The notes beneath the pieces were generated by a model. It ran no database searches. It was not told where the DNA came from and saw nothing but the letters and a program-made list of their open reading frames with translations. A DNA stretch of 64,000 nucleotides from a phage, in the sequence record PZ166176.1, one strand, 5' to 3'. The position numbers were made by a program, and so were the translations under genes. This document shows positions 18,603-27,970 of the stretch, in pieces. Positions within the stretch are counted from its first letter, which is position 1; each line of letters opens with the position of its first letter.

Positions 18603-19009
18603 TGATTAGTATCATCTGCTTTCGCAGGATCATAAGAGTTACCGAAATCATCCATCTTAATATGTGACGCACCCCAACCTGTAAATTCTTCATCACCAAA
18701 ATGAAAAATATCATTTTCTTGATAGATTCGTTTAAAACCACAATTAGGTGAAACAGGGAAAGTGAAAAGTGTTGTATTTGCAAACACTACTCGCTTACCG
18801 TTATTGCTTCGGATATTCACATTACGCTCAACAGAATAGTGTGAATCTTCAGCCATACCCAGCATTACAAGCGACGCTCTAATAACAGCACTTTGTTTCT
18901 CGTGTGGGATATTGCCATTGTGTTTATTTGATTCTAGTTTCCAGATAGGGGTAGACATTACAGTAGACATGCTTACGGTAGCCCAAGTTGTAGTATTTAC
19001 TAATGACAT
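18599..19009 (-). CDS. hypothetical protein
   Basis: Start moved to ATG (MSLVN) 5 nt after AAGGAG. Confidence 0.45.
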   Translation of the reverse strand: MSLVNTTTWATVSMSTVMSTPIWKLESNKHNGNIPHEKQSAVIRASLVMLGMAEDSHYSVERNVNIRSNNGKRVVFANTTLFTFPVSPNCGFKRIYQENDIFHFGDEEFTGWGASHIKMDDFGNSYDPAKADDTNQ

Positions 19010-19063
19010 ATTTTCTCCTTCATTTTGAATGGGAGGACTCACCTCCTCCCAGTATTGTGCTAT

Positions 19064-19091
19064 ATTATACTAAAACTAATACTAAAGTCAA
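19064..19091 (-). promoter_or_regulatory. sigma70-like promoter (TTGACT-16-TATAAT)
   Basis: Reverse complement reads TTGACTttagtattagttttagTATAAT upstream of gene 18599..19009. Confidence 0.5.
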
Positions 19092-19107
19092 TAACTATTT
19101 AAACAGA

Positions 19108-20106
19108 TCACCATTTAGTATGATTTGTTAAAAGTTGACGATGTTGAATCCAGCCTTTGAAATTGCCAGACCAAAACTTACCATTACGATCTACATGGGT
19201 AATACCTGGTTCCCAAGAGTTAAAATCCCAAGGAGCATTGATAAACAAATCTTCAAAACAGTTCTCTCCATATTGTTCGTATGTTTCTTGAATTGGAGTG
19301 GCCTGATGTTCAAACGGAGAAGCATGAACCTTGCGCCCAGTCAGCAAGCGACCATAAATATCTAAAGCTTTATCTTTAGTTGCATTTAAACGACGATAGC
19401 TAACCTGTGCACAACATGAAGCTGAAATAGCTTTGGCTTCTTCCAAAGTAAGCACAACAACTTCTCCAGATTCATCTTGAACGTAGTATCCACCAAAAAC
19501 AAAATGATCGTCACCTTCTGTGCCAATATTATCGTAGAAATGGTCTACATAAGGTGTGTGCCATTGCCCTGGTTTCAGCACTTCTGGTGTAGATCCTTCA
19601 TACTCTTTGTGCATCTCTTTAGCCAAAGCTTCGATAGTAGGATCGGCTTCTTTGTCATCACGTAGCCACCAGAAATTTTCATATTCTGTTGCTGTCAGAA
19701 CTGTTTTAATTCGTTGGAAAGGTTCCAGAAGACGGTTTGCAACTTGTTTGTGGTACCCTGCCAAAGAGAATTCTTCTGCAAAACGTGCTGCACTAAGCGC
19801 GGCAAGATCCCACCACTCTTGAGCAGTATAACCTGCATCAATAAGAGCGTCATGATCAACACCTTTATCCTGCATACCAGGTTGGTTAGCCCCAAAACGA
19901 TAAGGACGAGCAGGTTGATTTCGCACCATTTCAATCAGTGTTTTAACAGGTATAGCACGGCTAGAAGCAGCATTACGACTAAACAGGCGGTGAGTCATCA
20001 ATTCTGAATGAATAATACGTGGATATTCTAGTTCAAAAGTTACAATCTCTTTTCCGTCTTCAGTGATGGAATGCGCAATAATACTAGCCGAAATCTGTTT
20101 TGTCAT
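19108..20106 (-). CDS. thyX: ThyX-family (flavin-dependent thymidylate synthase-like) protein with C-terminal extension
   Basis: ELMTHRLFSRNAASSRA parallels the ThyX LMRHRxFSxxxxSQRY signature, but first Arg of RHR is Thr. Confidence 0.55.
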   Translation of the reverse strand: MTKQISASIIAHSITEDGKEIVTFELEYPRIIHSELMTHRLFSRNAASSRAIPVKTLIEMVRNQPARPYRFGANQPGMQDKGVDHDALIDAGYTAQEWWDLAALSAARFAEEFSLAGYHKQVANRLLEPFQRIKTVLTATEYENFWWLRDDKEADPTIEALAKEMHKEYEGSTPEVLKPGQWHTPYVDHFYDNIGTEGDDHFVFGGYYVQDESGEVVVLTLEEAKAISASCCAQVSYRRLNATKDKALDIYGRLLTGRKVHASPFEHQATPIQETYEQYGENCFEDLFINAPWDFNSWEPGITHVDRNGKFWSGNFKGWIQHRQLLTNHTKW

Positions 20107-20115
20107 TTTTTCTCC

Positions 20116-20724
20116 TTAGTTTTTAAAATTGTTCAAAGTGTTAAAAACATCCAAACATGTTAGCCACTGATCTTCTAAACCTGTGATCACAACATTTGGT
20201 TTTTTCTTTAGTTCTTCTAGATGGTTATCTTTATAAGGCGTATTAAAATATATTTTAACCACTTCATCTGGAAAATATAGTAGGTTATCAGCCCTGTCAT
20301 CTATTGCTATATCACAAGGCAATAAGTATTTTTCTTTCGTAGCAAAAAAGCCGTTACCAGATCCTTTGCTAAAATCAATCGTATCTAACGTTCTTAAAAC
20401 ATGCTTATGTTTAGAACTTAAGTGACCACCTTTTGTCACACTTGCGATCAAAAGATTGCTACCTTTCCTTGAAACATACTTTAAGAAATCTGGCATACCT
20501 GGAACAAAACCCATTGTATCATAGAGATGAGGATTATCCAGAAATCCGTAAGGATCTATATTGAACTCCTCCCTGAAACCAGGAAAGTAGTTGGTAAGAT
20601 CATAGTCTGCATTTTTTGTGAATGTGTCTATCTTAACACCAAGTCCACTAATCTTATTCAACCATTCTAACCAAGCAACATCTAATGGAGCCACAACTAA
20701 ATCCCAATCACATACTATCTGCAT
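20116..20724 (-). CDS. 5'(3')-deoxyribonucleotidase-like HAD-family hydrolase
   Basis: N-terminal DWD HAD motif I (MQIVCDWDLVV) and overall size/pattern of NT5C-type phage nucleotidases. Confidence 0.55.
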   Translation of the reverse strand: MQIVCDWDLVVAPLDVAWLEWLNKISGLGVKIDTFTKNADYDLTNYFPGFREEFNIDPYGFLDNPHLYDTMGFVPGMPDFLKYVSRKGSNLLIASVTKGGHLSSKHKHVLRTLDTIDFSKGSGNGFFATKEKYLLPCDIAIDDRADNLLYFPDEVVKIYFNTPYKDNHLEELKKKPNVVITGLEDQWLTCLDVFNTLNNFKN

Positions 20725-20760
20725 AAAACCTCCTCTCTCTTTTAGTATAGTTATCTTATA

Positions 20761-21315
20761 CTAACTTTCAATTTCCTGCAATAGGATTTTGACTATTTGT
20801 TTACGGCGTTTTGCTACTGTGCTTTCAGGTTCTATTTTACGCTTCTTCAGCCACGCTTTATCTTTCTTAGCTCTACACAAAGCTATCGCTTCTTTTTCAG
20901 CTTTTGCTTCTTCAAAAGATATGCCTTGCTTGTCTGCATAAGCAAGAATAGAGTTGCACAATTTACAAACCATTCGCAAATCTTCTTCTTTCACATAGAT
21001 CAAACGGAAAACAAAAAGGGGAATATCCTCAAAACATTGAAGTTGTTTTGCTGCGTGAATATGATCCACTTGGAAGTCTTTCATTCCTCCTCTGTGTCCA
21101 CATATTTCGCACTCACAATTCCAAACTTGTTTTGGTTTTCCAGTTTTCTTGTCTATCATTACATTGCCGTCTTTATCTACACGATCAACTTTAAAACGCC
21201 TTGCATTGATAACCTTAATTTTATTAGGGTGTCTCATCCATGCTTTTCTAAAACATCCCCTAAGATAAGTATAAAATTCAGCTTGTGTTTTCCAGGGTGT
21301 TCCTTCACCCCACAT
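20761..21315 (-). CDS. HNH endonuclease-like zinc-binding protein
   Basis: CECEICGH ... DHIH ... CKLCN arrangement typical of HNH nucleases; start set at internal ATG (MWGEG). Confidence 0.4.
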   Translation of the reverse strand: MWGEGTPWKTQAEFYTYLRGCFRKAWMRHPNKIKVINARRFKVDRVDKDGNVMIDKKTGKPKQVWNCECEICGHRGGMKDFQVDHIHAAKQLQCFEDIPLFVFRLIYVKEEDLRMVCKLCNSILAYADKQGISFEEAKAEKEAIALCRAKKDKAWLKKRKIEPESTVAKRRKQIVKILLQEIES

Positions 21316-21384
21316 TATTTTTGGTTCACCTGCCAATATTGCTCACCTTTTTAGCTGTATATTCCCCTGGTGGGATATTATGTT

Positions 21385-21415
21385 TAAAAAACAAAAGGCG
21401 GTCTAACCCCGCCTT
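21385..21415 (-). terminator. rho-independent terminator
   Basis: Minus strand AAGGCGGGGTTAGACCGCCTT hairpin followed by TTGTTTTTT. Confidence 0.55.
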
Positions 21416-21503
21416 GCACATTGTTTCTGGAATAGTCAAAGTTAGTAAAAGTTTATCACCTTTTCGGTTGAATATTTTATAAACTTCTCCTGCTCCATAT
21501 TGT

Positions 21504-21905
21504 TTAGTATTGCTCGCCACTAATACGTTCCTTAAGTTGTTTAATAGCTTCGATTGCATCTACATAAGAAGAGTTATACATGTGTTTCAGTGCTACTCGT
21601 ATTAAAGGATCTTTTGTGAAGAAATCAATAAGAAGCATAGCTTGATCATGTTTAGCTGCATTTGTCATAGATGGATAATTTTCACGAACCATATACGTGT
21701 TATTTTGCATAAGGGTTCTTTCTAGTTCAATACAATGAATAGCTTTATCTAGGTTAATCTGACGTTCACCTTTAATACGTGTTGCGTATTTTGCCAATTT
21801 GCAAAAACAAGGTGTGCCACCAACCAAATAAGCTAGTTCAATAGGTTGCATTGCCATTTTTGTGTAGTGATCACCGTCAACCTGATTATCAAAAGCATTA
21901 GACAT
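21504..21905 (-). CDS. conserved phage protein (possibly DUF3310-like, GDHY motif)
   Basis: VDGDHYTKMAMQPIE pattern recalled from a widespread phage family; assignment tentative. Confidence 0.3.
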   Translation of the reverse strand: MSNAFDNQVDGDHYTKMAMQPIELAYLVGGTPCFCKLAKYATRIKGERQINLDKAIHCIELERTLMQNNTYMVRENYPSMTNAAKHDQAMLLIDFFTKDPLIRVALKHMYNSSYVDAIEAIKQLKERISGEQY

Positions 21906-22170
21906 AATTTTCCTCCTGAATTCCTACTGCACCTTCTTCTGGGTAGTCTGCATAATAAGCTACCCTACCTTGATAGATAATATCACCATCGTCATTATAA
22001 ATTGCTGTATCTTCTTGGATTGTTATTTCAACGTCAAGAAGATCTGGATCTTTATTGATGGTATAGTTCAAACCTAACATTTCAAACAGTTCGAAAATTT
22101 CGTTACCTGTTAATGTAATGCTCATATTTCCTCCTTTTATTGTGGTTAGCAGAGTATACACTAATATCAA
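21898..22170 (-). CDS. hypothetical protein
   Basis: Track ORF 90 aa downstream of promoter at 22153..22182. Confidence 0.45.
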   Translation of the reverse strand: MILVYTLLTTIKGGNMSITLTGNEIFELFEMLGLNYTINKDPDLLDVEITIQEDTAIYNDDGDIIYQGRVAYYADYPEEGAVGIQEENYV

Positions 22171-22182
22171 ATTTTTGTCAAT
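22153..22182 (-). promoter_or_regulatory. sigma70-like promoter (TTGACA-18-TATACT)
   Basis: Reverse complement TTGACAaaaatttgatattagtgTATACT. Confidence 0.5.
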
Positions 22183-22205
22183 AAAAAAGGGAGCAATAAG
22201 CTCCC
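22183..22205 (-). terminator. rho-independent terminator
   Basis: Minus strand GGGAGCttattGCTCCC hairpin followed by TTTTTT. Confidence 0.6.
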
Positions 22206-22211
22206 TGATTA

Positions 22212-23171
22212 TTAGATTCCAATGATAGTTGCTGCTCGTTTATCCTTGGATCTGGTGTTTGCTCTACTACGTGACAAACCTCCGCAAGATTCACAACGAA
22301 TGATATCGAAAGAACTTACCGCAGTGTGGTATTGTTTACCAGTAACAACGTGAACGTGATCACTGCCACAACGAGAACAACGGACCTTCTCATCTGGGTA
22401 ATAAGCGGATAAGTTAGGATGCTGTGGAATCCACGGAAGGATTTTCATATATAAATCACGGAGTGAAACAACATCACCATCATTGTAAATCTGCATACGT
22501 TCAAAAGCATCACGATCACCTTCACAACATGCTTTCCATAAAGGGAACCCCTCGTTATCCAGTTTTTCACTTTCTGTTTCGAAATATGCTCCCATTTCTT
22601 TAAGGGAGTTGGAAGGAAGTGCAAATTGTTTCTTAGCTGCCTTCAATGTATCAACAACTACATAATTAGAAGGAGGAGCCATATCGTGATATGCAAATCG
22701 TTGGTTAATGTATGCACGGTCAAACTTATATCCGTTGTGTGCCACAACTACATCTGCCTCATTCAGAAGGTTCCAAAGATCTTGGCAAAGCTCCCAATCA
22801 TCTGTATGATCAATATCAAAAAGAGGATAAGAAGACAAGTTCTTACCTTCCACTTCACCAGTATACAGGTCAGCAGAAGAGTAAGATAACAAATAACCCC
22901 TACGAATTACTTGATCTGGAGAAATGAAGGCTTTGAATCGACGGAAAGTATATGCAATCTCTGGTGCAGTTTCAACATCAATAATTTTAATAACTGGTTG
23001 TTTCTTTTTAACTGGCTCTTGTTTACTTGCTCCAAATCGTGCAAGGAAATCGTTCACTGTGCTTTTTCTTGTTGGACTACCTAAAACAATTGCTGCAATA
23101 TTACGAGAAGACATACCCTCTGCACTCATACTAAGGATATCTGCTTTCTGCTCTTCTGTTAATCTGCTCAC
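22212..23171 (-). CDS. DnaQ-like 3'-5' exonuclease with N-terminal HTH and C-terminal zinc ribbon
   Basis: Exo motifs IIDVET, AHNGYKFD, YNDGDVVSLRDLY; C-terminal CSRCG...CESCGG. Confidence 0.5.
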   Translation of the reverse strand: MSRLTEEQKADILSMSAEGMSSRNIAAIVLGSPTRKSTVNDFLARFGASKQEPVKKKQPVIKIIDVETAPEIAYTFRRFKAFISPDQVIRRGYLLSYSSADLYTGEVEGKNLSSYPLFDIDHTDDWELCQDLWNLLNEADVVVAHNGYKFDRAYINQRFAYHDMAPPSNYVVVDTLKAAKKQFALPSNSLKEMGAYFETESEKLDNEGFPLWKACCEGDRDAFERMQIYNDGDVVSLRDLYMKILPWIPQHPNLSAYYPDEKVRCSRCGSDHVHVVTGKQYHTAVSSFDIIRCESCGGLSRSRANTRSKDKRAATIIGI

Positions 23172-24286
23172 TCTGCCTCCTGTTGTGAGATGTATGATTG
23201 AAGCATACTCTCAAATGTTGTATCGTCATTATCCCAGCGTTTCATGTATACCAACTGGAAAATTGTTTCTATCCATTCATCTGTTGTCATATGGACTTCT
23301 TCTCCATCCCAAGAAGTAAAATTAACACCATCTGGGAACCACGAGTAGTAAGTATCTTTAACTGTTTGGAAAAGTTCTGCTTGAGTTTTACAAGCTGAAA
23401 GAAGATTAAAACAAGTAATATCTCCGAACTTAATATCAAAATCTTGATAAGGTCGGATACTATCTGTTTTATCTCCCATTAGCATCTGATATGCTAACCA
23501 GTAACTGCCCCAACCTTTAACTTCTTTCTTTTTACCTTTATCTACAATCCATATATCGCCAATAGACTCGTCAATAAGAATTATATCTGGATTTTTAAAT
23601 ACTCCATCCTCTTTGTAGAAATTAAAAAGGATACTAGGAGTATGTAAACTATCTTTATCTATAGACACTACGATATAAGAAAATTTACCCGTCCTTTTAT
23701 AATCTTTATAACCTTGGAAACCATACTTCTCTAACTCATCGTCAGCCTCTATTACAGTAACAACATCACCATTGTGGAACTCCACAAGATAATCTTTGGT
23801 TTCTGAAAGCTGAAGTGGTTTGATATCTAATCGTTCAGATTTATATTCTACAGGCATTTTGAAGGCGTGTCTGAAAGTTTTTCCTACGCCAATAACTCCG
23901 CAATATTTTTCTAAACGTAGATGTTTTAGAATACCTAAGACTTTTGTTTTAGCTGCTTGGAAGGTGTGTCCGATATCTTCTGGCGGGTATTGCTTATCAA
24001 TGATTTCGAACTCTTCCTTTGTGAAGGGACGTTTGTTTTTGGAGGCTCTTTCTGCATTTGTATCTCCTAGCCAACCTCCAATTTTAGTCTTGCTTTTACC
24101 CCAAAACTCTGTCTTATTTTTAAATTCCTTTTGAGCACCTGAAGGGATGTGCTTCGCAATGATTGTTCTTTTCTCTAATGCAGACGCTGCTTGGAAAGCG
24201 ATCTGATCATAATCAATTGCAGCTATTGTTTCTTCGTTGACATATAAATGAAGATCTTCAGGTTTAATTAAAATATAACCGCTAAT
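23168..24286 (-). CDS. T4 RNase H-like 5'-3' exonuclease / flap endonuclease; start non-canonical and uncertain
   Basis: IAAIDYDQIAFQAASAL (cf. T4 RNase H ICLIDFSQIALSTAL) lies upstream of the first ATG (23857) in a stop-free frame; LMGDKTDSIRP matches the FEN GDxSDNIPG block. Confidence 0.55.
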   Translation of the reverse strand: MSGYILIKPEDLHLYVNEETIAAIDYDQIAFQAASALEKRTIIAKHIPSGAQKEFKNKTEFWGKSKTKIGGWLGDTNAERASKNKRPFTKEEFEIIDKQYPPEDIGHTFQAAKTKVLGILKHLRLEKYCGVIGVGKTFRHAFKMPVEYKSERLDIKPLQLSETKDYLVEFHNGDVVTVIEADDELEKYGFQGYKDYKRTGKFSYIVVSIDKDSLHTPSILFNFYKEDGVFKNPDIILIDESIGDIWIVDKGKKKEVKGWGSYWLAYQMLMGDKTDSIRPYQDFDIKFGDITCFNLLSACKTQAELFQTVKDTYYSWFPDGVNFTSWDGEEVHMTTDEWIETIFQLVYMKRWDNDDTTFESMLQSYISQQEAE

Positions 24287-24298
24287 ATTTCCCCCTAA

Positions 24299-24508
24299 TT
24301 ATTCATCGTCATCCTCTGTTGAGAATGTTTTAGTATACGGACATTGACGACTTTTCGGGATTGCTATAACTTCATCTTGGTTAGCGTTAGAATAGTAGCA
24401 ATATTTTGTGTTGCCATTAACTTCAGAATCAGACAAGATTAAAGTAATTTGACCTGCTGCTACTGTGAAACTAAAAGCTAAAAGAACGACTGTCAGAATC
24501 TTTTTCAT
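24299..24508 (-). CDS. small secreted protein (signal peptide)
   Basis: MKKILTVVLLAFSFTVAAG hydrophobic leader followed by a Cys-containing mature region. Confidence 0.5.
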   Translation of the reverse strand: MKKILTVVLLAFSFTVAAGQITLILSDSEVNGNTKYCYYSNANQDEVIAIPKSRQCPYTKTFSTEDDDE

Positions 24509-24580
24509 AACGCCTCCTAAAAAGCCTACCTCATTAAGTAGGTAGGCATAATATCATAACTAATCCCGCAAGTCAAGAAC

Positions 24581-25459
24581 TTATTTAAGGATTGTTGCTT
24601 TGGTTAAATCTTCCATCAGACCTCGAATCTCATTGAAGCACAGAAGGACTGAAGCTTCAATACTACCTTCTTCGTCTGCAAAATATTTCGGAAAACGTAG
24701 TTTAGAAAGTTTAAACTCTTTATCCACTACAAAATCTACAACACCATCATATTCAAGACCGATTGCAACCACATCTTTACCATCTTCTTTTAGTTCGACA
24801 GCTTTAGACTCGTATAGGGATTCTTTACTCCAAACAACAACGCCCTCGCTATCCTCCATTTTGATATAATTTCCGAGAGTAATACGATCTGCTTCGTGAT
24901 TCTCCAGCAATTCACCAAAACCTTTTACAATAGCTTCTTCGTGCACACTAAAACCTACCGAAGGGAAAGTCCCCAGAACGGAACGGAGGAAAGAAGTAAT
25001 CTCTTCTGCAACCTTTTTACTTCCATTAAGAACATAAAGAAGATTCGTAGTTTTATCTAAGACAACATAGTTAAAGAAATCTTCAGGTTCTGTTTCAGGC
25101 AATAGTGCAAATTCAATATCTTCCTTCATTGCTTTGACTACTTCTTTATCGACATAAAACTCTTTACCTTCGCTCTCCATGTCCTGACGCATTTCTTCTA
25201 GACGTTCATTCAGAATACGTTTAACTTTCTTTTTATCTACCTTCTTCACAGATTGACCTACATTAAGTAGTTCAAGATCTGAAAACTCTTTTACAAATTT
25301 AGAGTCATCTTCGAAACGAACAAGACCGATAGTATGTGACTGGGAGCCTTCTGCTGTTACAAATTCCAGAGGAATATCTGTAATGCTGTTAAGGGATGCT
25401 ACAGAAGCATTGTCACCAACAACCATAGGCAGAGCGGATTTAAAAGATTTTACAAACAT
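24581..25459 (-). CDS. RdgC-like recombination-associated protein
   Basis: NLLYVLNGSKKVAEEITSFLRSVLGTFPSV parallels RdgC [31 protein letters not shown]; similar length. Confidence 0.45.
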   Translation of the reverse strand: MFVKSFKSALPMVVGDNASVASLNSITDIPLEFVTAEGSQSHTIGLVRFEDDSKFVKEFSDLELLNVGQSVKKVDKKKVKRILNERLEEMRQDMESEGKEFYVDKEVVKAMKEDIEFALLPETEPEDFFNYVVLDKTTNLLYVLNGSKKVAEEITSFLRSVLGTFPSVGFSVHEEAIVKGFGELLENHEADRITLGNYIKMEDSEGVVVWSKESLYESKAVELKEDGKDVVAIGLEYDGVVDFVVDKEFKLSKLRFPKYFADEEGSIEASVLLCFNEIRGLMEDLTKATILK

Positions 25460-25515
25460 GTTTCCTCCTATTTAATACATCTCACATTACCGCCCGTAAA
25501 GGGCGGCTTACAACA

Positions 25516-26241
25516 TTACTTATTAATAATACCTGCAATATTAGGTTTGACAAAGGTCGATGGTTTCATGATCTTACCTTTATCATCAAAGAACACATAC
25601 ACTTTCTGTTTTTCATTATAAACAGCATGAACACCAGTGTATGCCCCTTCTGGACGATTGGCATTTCGTTCTTCAATTGCAGCGCATTCTTGTGCAATGG
25701 CTGAATCGATATCTGAAGTTTTCCAAGTTTTCAGCAACTGTTGTTTAGTTGGATACTTGGAATCATTACTTTTCAATACCTCTTTAATAACTTTCTTTTC
25801 TGGATATTTTGAACGGATTAGAGTGTCACGAGACATACGCATAATACCAGCAGCCATTAGTGCCATTTGAACTGGCTCTGTAAATGTTTGTTCCAAAGCA
25901 TCAAAATCAGTATATACAGTTGGAGTAAAAACATCGCCTACAGCATAGTCCAAGAAATTCATCGTATGTTCTTCACCAAAGAACATGTAAGTAAGATAAC
26001 TGGATACTACAAAAATATCCGCTGCTGCATCCAAGAGTTCTACATGATCGTTTACTTTCGCGGCTGTTTCATACTCTTTAAGCTCTTCACGAACGAACCC
26101 GATTTGGGACATAAATAGCTCTTGAGTGAATTCAGGTTGTTCACCACCTCGTGCTTTGGCATTCCAATCAATCACGTGCTTTGCTGCATTTTTGAAAAAT
26201 TCAGTATCGAATTTAATATCTTTAAAAAAATTCTCGATCAT
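25516..26241 (-). CDS. MazG-like nucleotide pyrophosphohydrolase (tentative)
   Basis: EQPEFTQELFMSQIGFVREELKEYE...DHVELLDAAADIFVV resembles the all-alpha NTP-PPase EExxE...D metal-binding pattern. Confidence 0.4.
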   Translation of the reverse strand: MIENFFKDIKFDTEFFKNAAKHVIDWNAKARGGEQPEFTQELFMSQIGFVREELKEYETAAKVNDHVELLDAAADIFVVSSYLTYMFFGEEHTMNFLDYAVGDVFTPTVYTDFDALEQTFTEPVQMALMAAGIMRMSRDTLIRSKYPEKKVIKEVLKSNDSKYPTKQQLLKTWKTSDIDSAIAQECAAIEERNANRPEGAYTGVHAVYNEKQKVYVFFDDKGKIMKPSTFVKPNIAGIINK

Positions 26242-26250
26242 TATAACTCC

Positions 26251-26433
26251 TTATTTAAAATAGCTTTCTAGAAAGTTGCTAATATTTACTACAGTCTCAC
26301 CCATGTAAATTCCTGCGAAACCGAAAACAAGCATACGTGGAATATTGAAATACCATTTATCCGCCGGAAAAGATGCCAGAATTACAATAGCAATGGCTAT
26401 CAACATCATAAGAATTGTTGCTAAAATTATCAT
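26251..26433 (-). CDS. small membrane protein (2 predicted TM helices)
   Basis: Start at internal ATG (MIILATIL) after GGAGG; hydrophobic stretches IILATILMMLIAIAIVILA and MLVFGFAGIYMG. Confidence 0.4.
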   Translation of the reverse strand: MIILATILMMLIAIAIVILASFPADKWYFNIPRMLVFGFAGIYMGETVVNISNFLESYFK

Positions 26434-26624
26434 AAAAATGCCTCCAGGTATTTTGCACAATGATAAGCTAAGAAACAAGAAACTACCGCATACCCAACTC
26501 CAGACATACATGAATCAATCGCAATACATACGGTTCTTTTCTTTGAATTCTTAGGAAAGCTTTCCGAAGCATTCATACAATAAAAAGAAAGCACACTGAA
26601 AACGATTAAAATGGCTAAGAACAT
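26430..26624 (-). CDS. small membrane protein (2 predicted TM helices)
   Basis: FLAILIVFSVLSFY and VGYAVVSCFLAY hydrophobic segments; stop overlaps next start. Confidence 0.4.
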   Translation of the reverse strand: MFLAILIVFSVLSFYCMNASESFPKNSKKRTVCIAIDSCMSGVGYAVVSCFLAYHCAKYLEAFL

Positions 26625-26633
26625 TTTTCCTCC

Positions 26634-27761
26634 TTATTCTGCTGGTTCCCAAGTGCCTGGGATCATTTCTCGAATACGAACACCAACAGGTTTTGTTGGA
26701 ATACCTTCATCTGAAAATTCTTCATACTCTATTTCAACAAACTGGTTAATCAAGGTAGAAGCATTCTCTGCTTTACGATAATTGATAGTCTCATGAGCAT
26801 CTTTACGCATTAAGAATTCGACTACTTTACCATTTTCCATCTCACCTGTCAACACTCCATCGCCATTTTTATCACTTTTTGAATTTGTTACTTTAACTTC
26901 AAGGGTATGGCGAGGCTTACGTTTAATAACGTCATAAGAACGTTTATCAAATTCGTAAACTCCGTGAGCATTACGATATACTACACCTTCAGCTTTCTCA
27001 AGTAAAGCTTTTTCATAGAAAGCATCAAACTGTTCTTGGTTTTCAATAAACTCTGTATGAACTACACAAATAAGCTCGTCAAGACCATAATCTTCAACTA
27101 CTGCCTTAAGAGCAGCAAGAACATCAACACGTTTTTCAAACGGTAGATCTGGAACTGGAATATCGTATACGTAATAGTTCAGCAAAGGTGTATTTGCATT
27201 ATGCTTCTTCCAGGCACTGTTAATTTGTTGTAGACTAAGGACACCTAACCCAGCAAACACTTCACCATCAAGAGGATGACCAACAACTTCACTAATAAAG
27301 TTTGGAATACCTTTCCAATGAGGTGGCAGGTTGTACACTTCCCCAGCTTTTGATAAACACTCCCCTTTCATGTTAATCATAGAACGCAACCCGTTCAGTT
27401 TGTACTGTGCATAACCAGGGAACACAACCCTTTCAGGATAATCTTTATAATCCTGGCATTTCATTGGTGTGGAAGGAACATGGTTTTCAGCTTCTTCTTT
27501 TGTTTTATAATAGCCATTCTTTAACTGTTTTGTCCATTTGGCAAAAGCTTCAAGTTCAGCTTGTTCTTCCGGTGTTGTTTCATTGGAACGACCAATGTTT
27601 TTTGCTTCTGCTGTATAAGATTTTTCTGTGATTTTTCCACCTACTCTTCCATGAGCTACAGTAACAACTGCACCATCTGTATACACTGTCCACTGTTTAA
27701 GTTTTCCTTTTGAATCTTTACCATACAGCGTTTGATTTGTTTGTTGCATTAGTCCTCCCAT
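26634..27761 (-). CDS. ATP-dependent polynucleotide ligase (DNA ligase-like)
   Basis: Motif I KLNGLR (KxDGxR-like with Asn), motif IV EGVVYR, motif V DVIKRK; size similar to T7-type ligases. Confidence 0.55.
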   Translation of the reverse strand: MGGLMQQTNQTLYGKDSKGKLKQWTVYTDGAVVTVAHGRVGGKITEKSYTAEAKNIGRSNETTPEEQAELEAFAKWTKQLKNGYYKTKEEAENHVPSTPMKCQDYKDYPERVVFPGYAQYKLNGLRSMINMKGECLSKAGEVYNLPPHWKGIPNFISEVVGHPLDGEVFAGLGVLSLQQINSAWKKHNANTPLLNYYVYDIPVPDLPFEKRVDVLAALKAVVEDYGLDELICVVHTEFIENQEQFDAFYEKALLEKAEGVVYRNAHGVYEFDKRSYDVIKRKPRHTLEVKVTNSKSDKNGDGVLTGEMENGKVVEFLMRKDAHETINYRKAENASTLINQFVEIEYEEFSDEGIPTKPVGVRIREMIPGTWEPAE

Positions 27762-27970
27762 TTAAAAACTGAAATTTTCAATCTGTTACACACTTCATCC
27801 AAATCTGCGTCGAGTAACGTTGTAGATGTTGCCAACATGTAATCAATGCTTGTGAAACCTTGCCCTTTGGCATAGTCAAACATATCTTCATACATATCTT
27901 CAAGATCACCGTCATCAAAAGTAGCTAGAAAATCCTCGTCTCCGCTACGAACATAAAATGCAGTACTCAT
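27749..27970 (-). CDS. hypothetical acidic protein
   Basis: Track ORF 73 aa. Confidence 0.4.
   Translation of the reverse strand: MSTAFYVRSGDEDFLATFDDGDLEDMYEDMFDYAKGQGFTSIDYMLATSTTLLDADLDEVCNRLKISVFKWED

Noticed and set aside
20797-21354. 185-aa plus-strand ORF (Phe/Ser/Cys-rich)
   Set aside because: Antisense to the HNH-like gene in a uniformly minus-strand gene block; low-complexity translation typical of a reverse-frame artefact in AT-rich DNA
24296-24301. Stop-codon readthrough or suppressor-tRNA recoding of the TAA separating the secreted-protein ORF and the flap endonuclease frame
   Set aside because: No tRNA with a UUA anticodon in the array; a signal-peptide protein fused to a nuclease makes little sense; SD-like AGGGGGA after the TAA favours separate initiation
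25487-25506. CCGCCC-gtaaa-GGGCGG hairpin as a terminator
   Set aside because: No U-tract follows on the transcribed (minus) strand; more likely a processing or stability element
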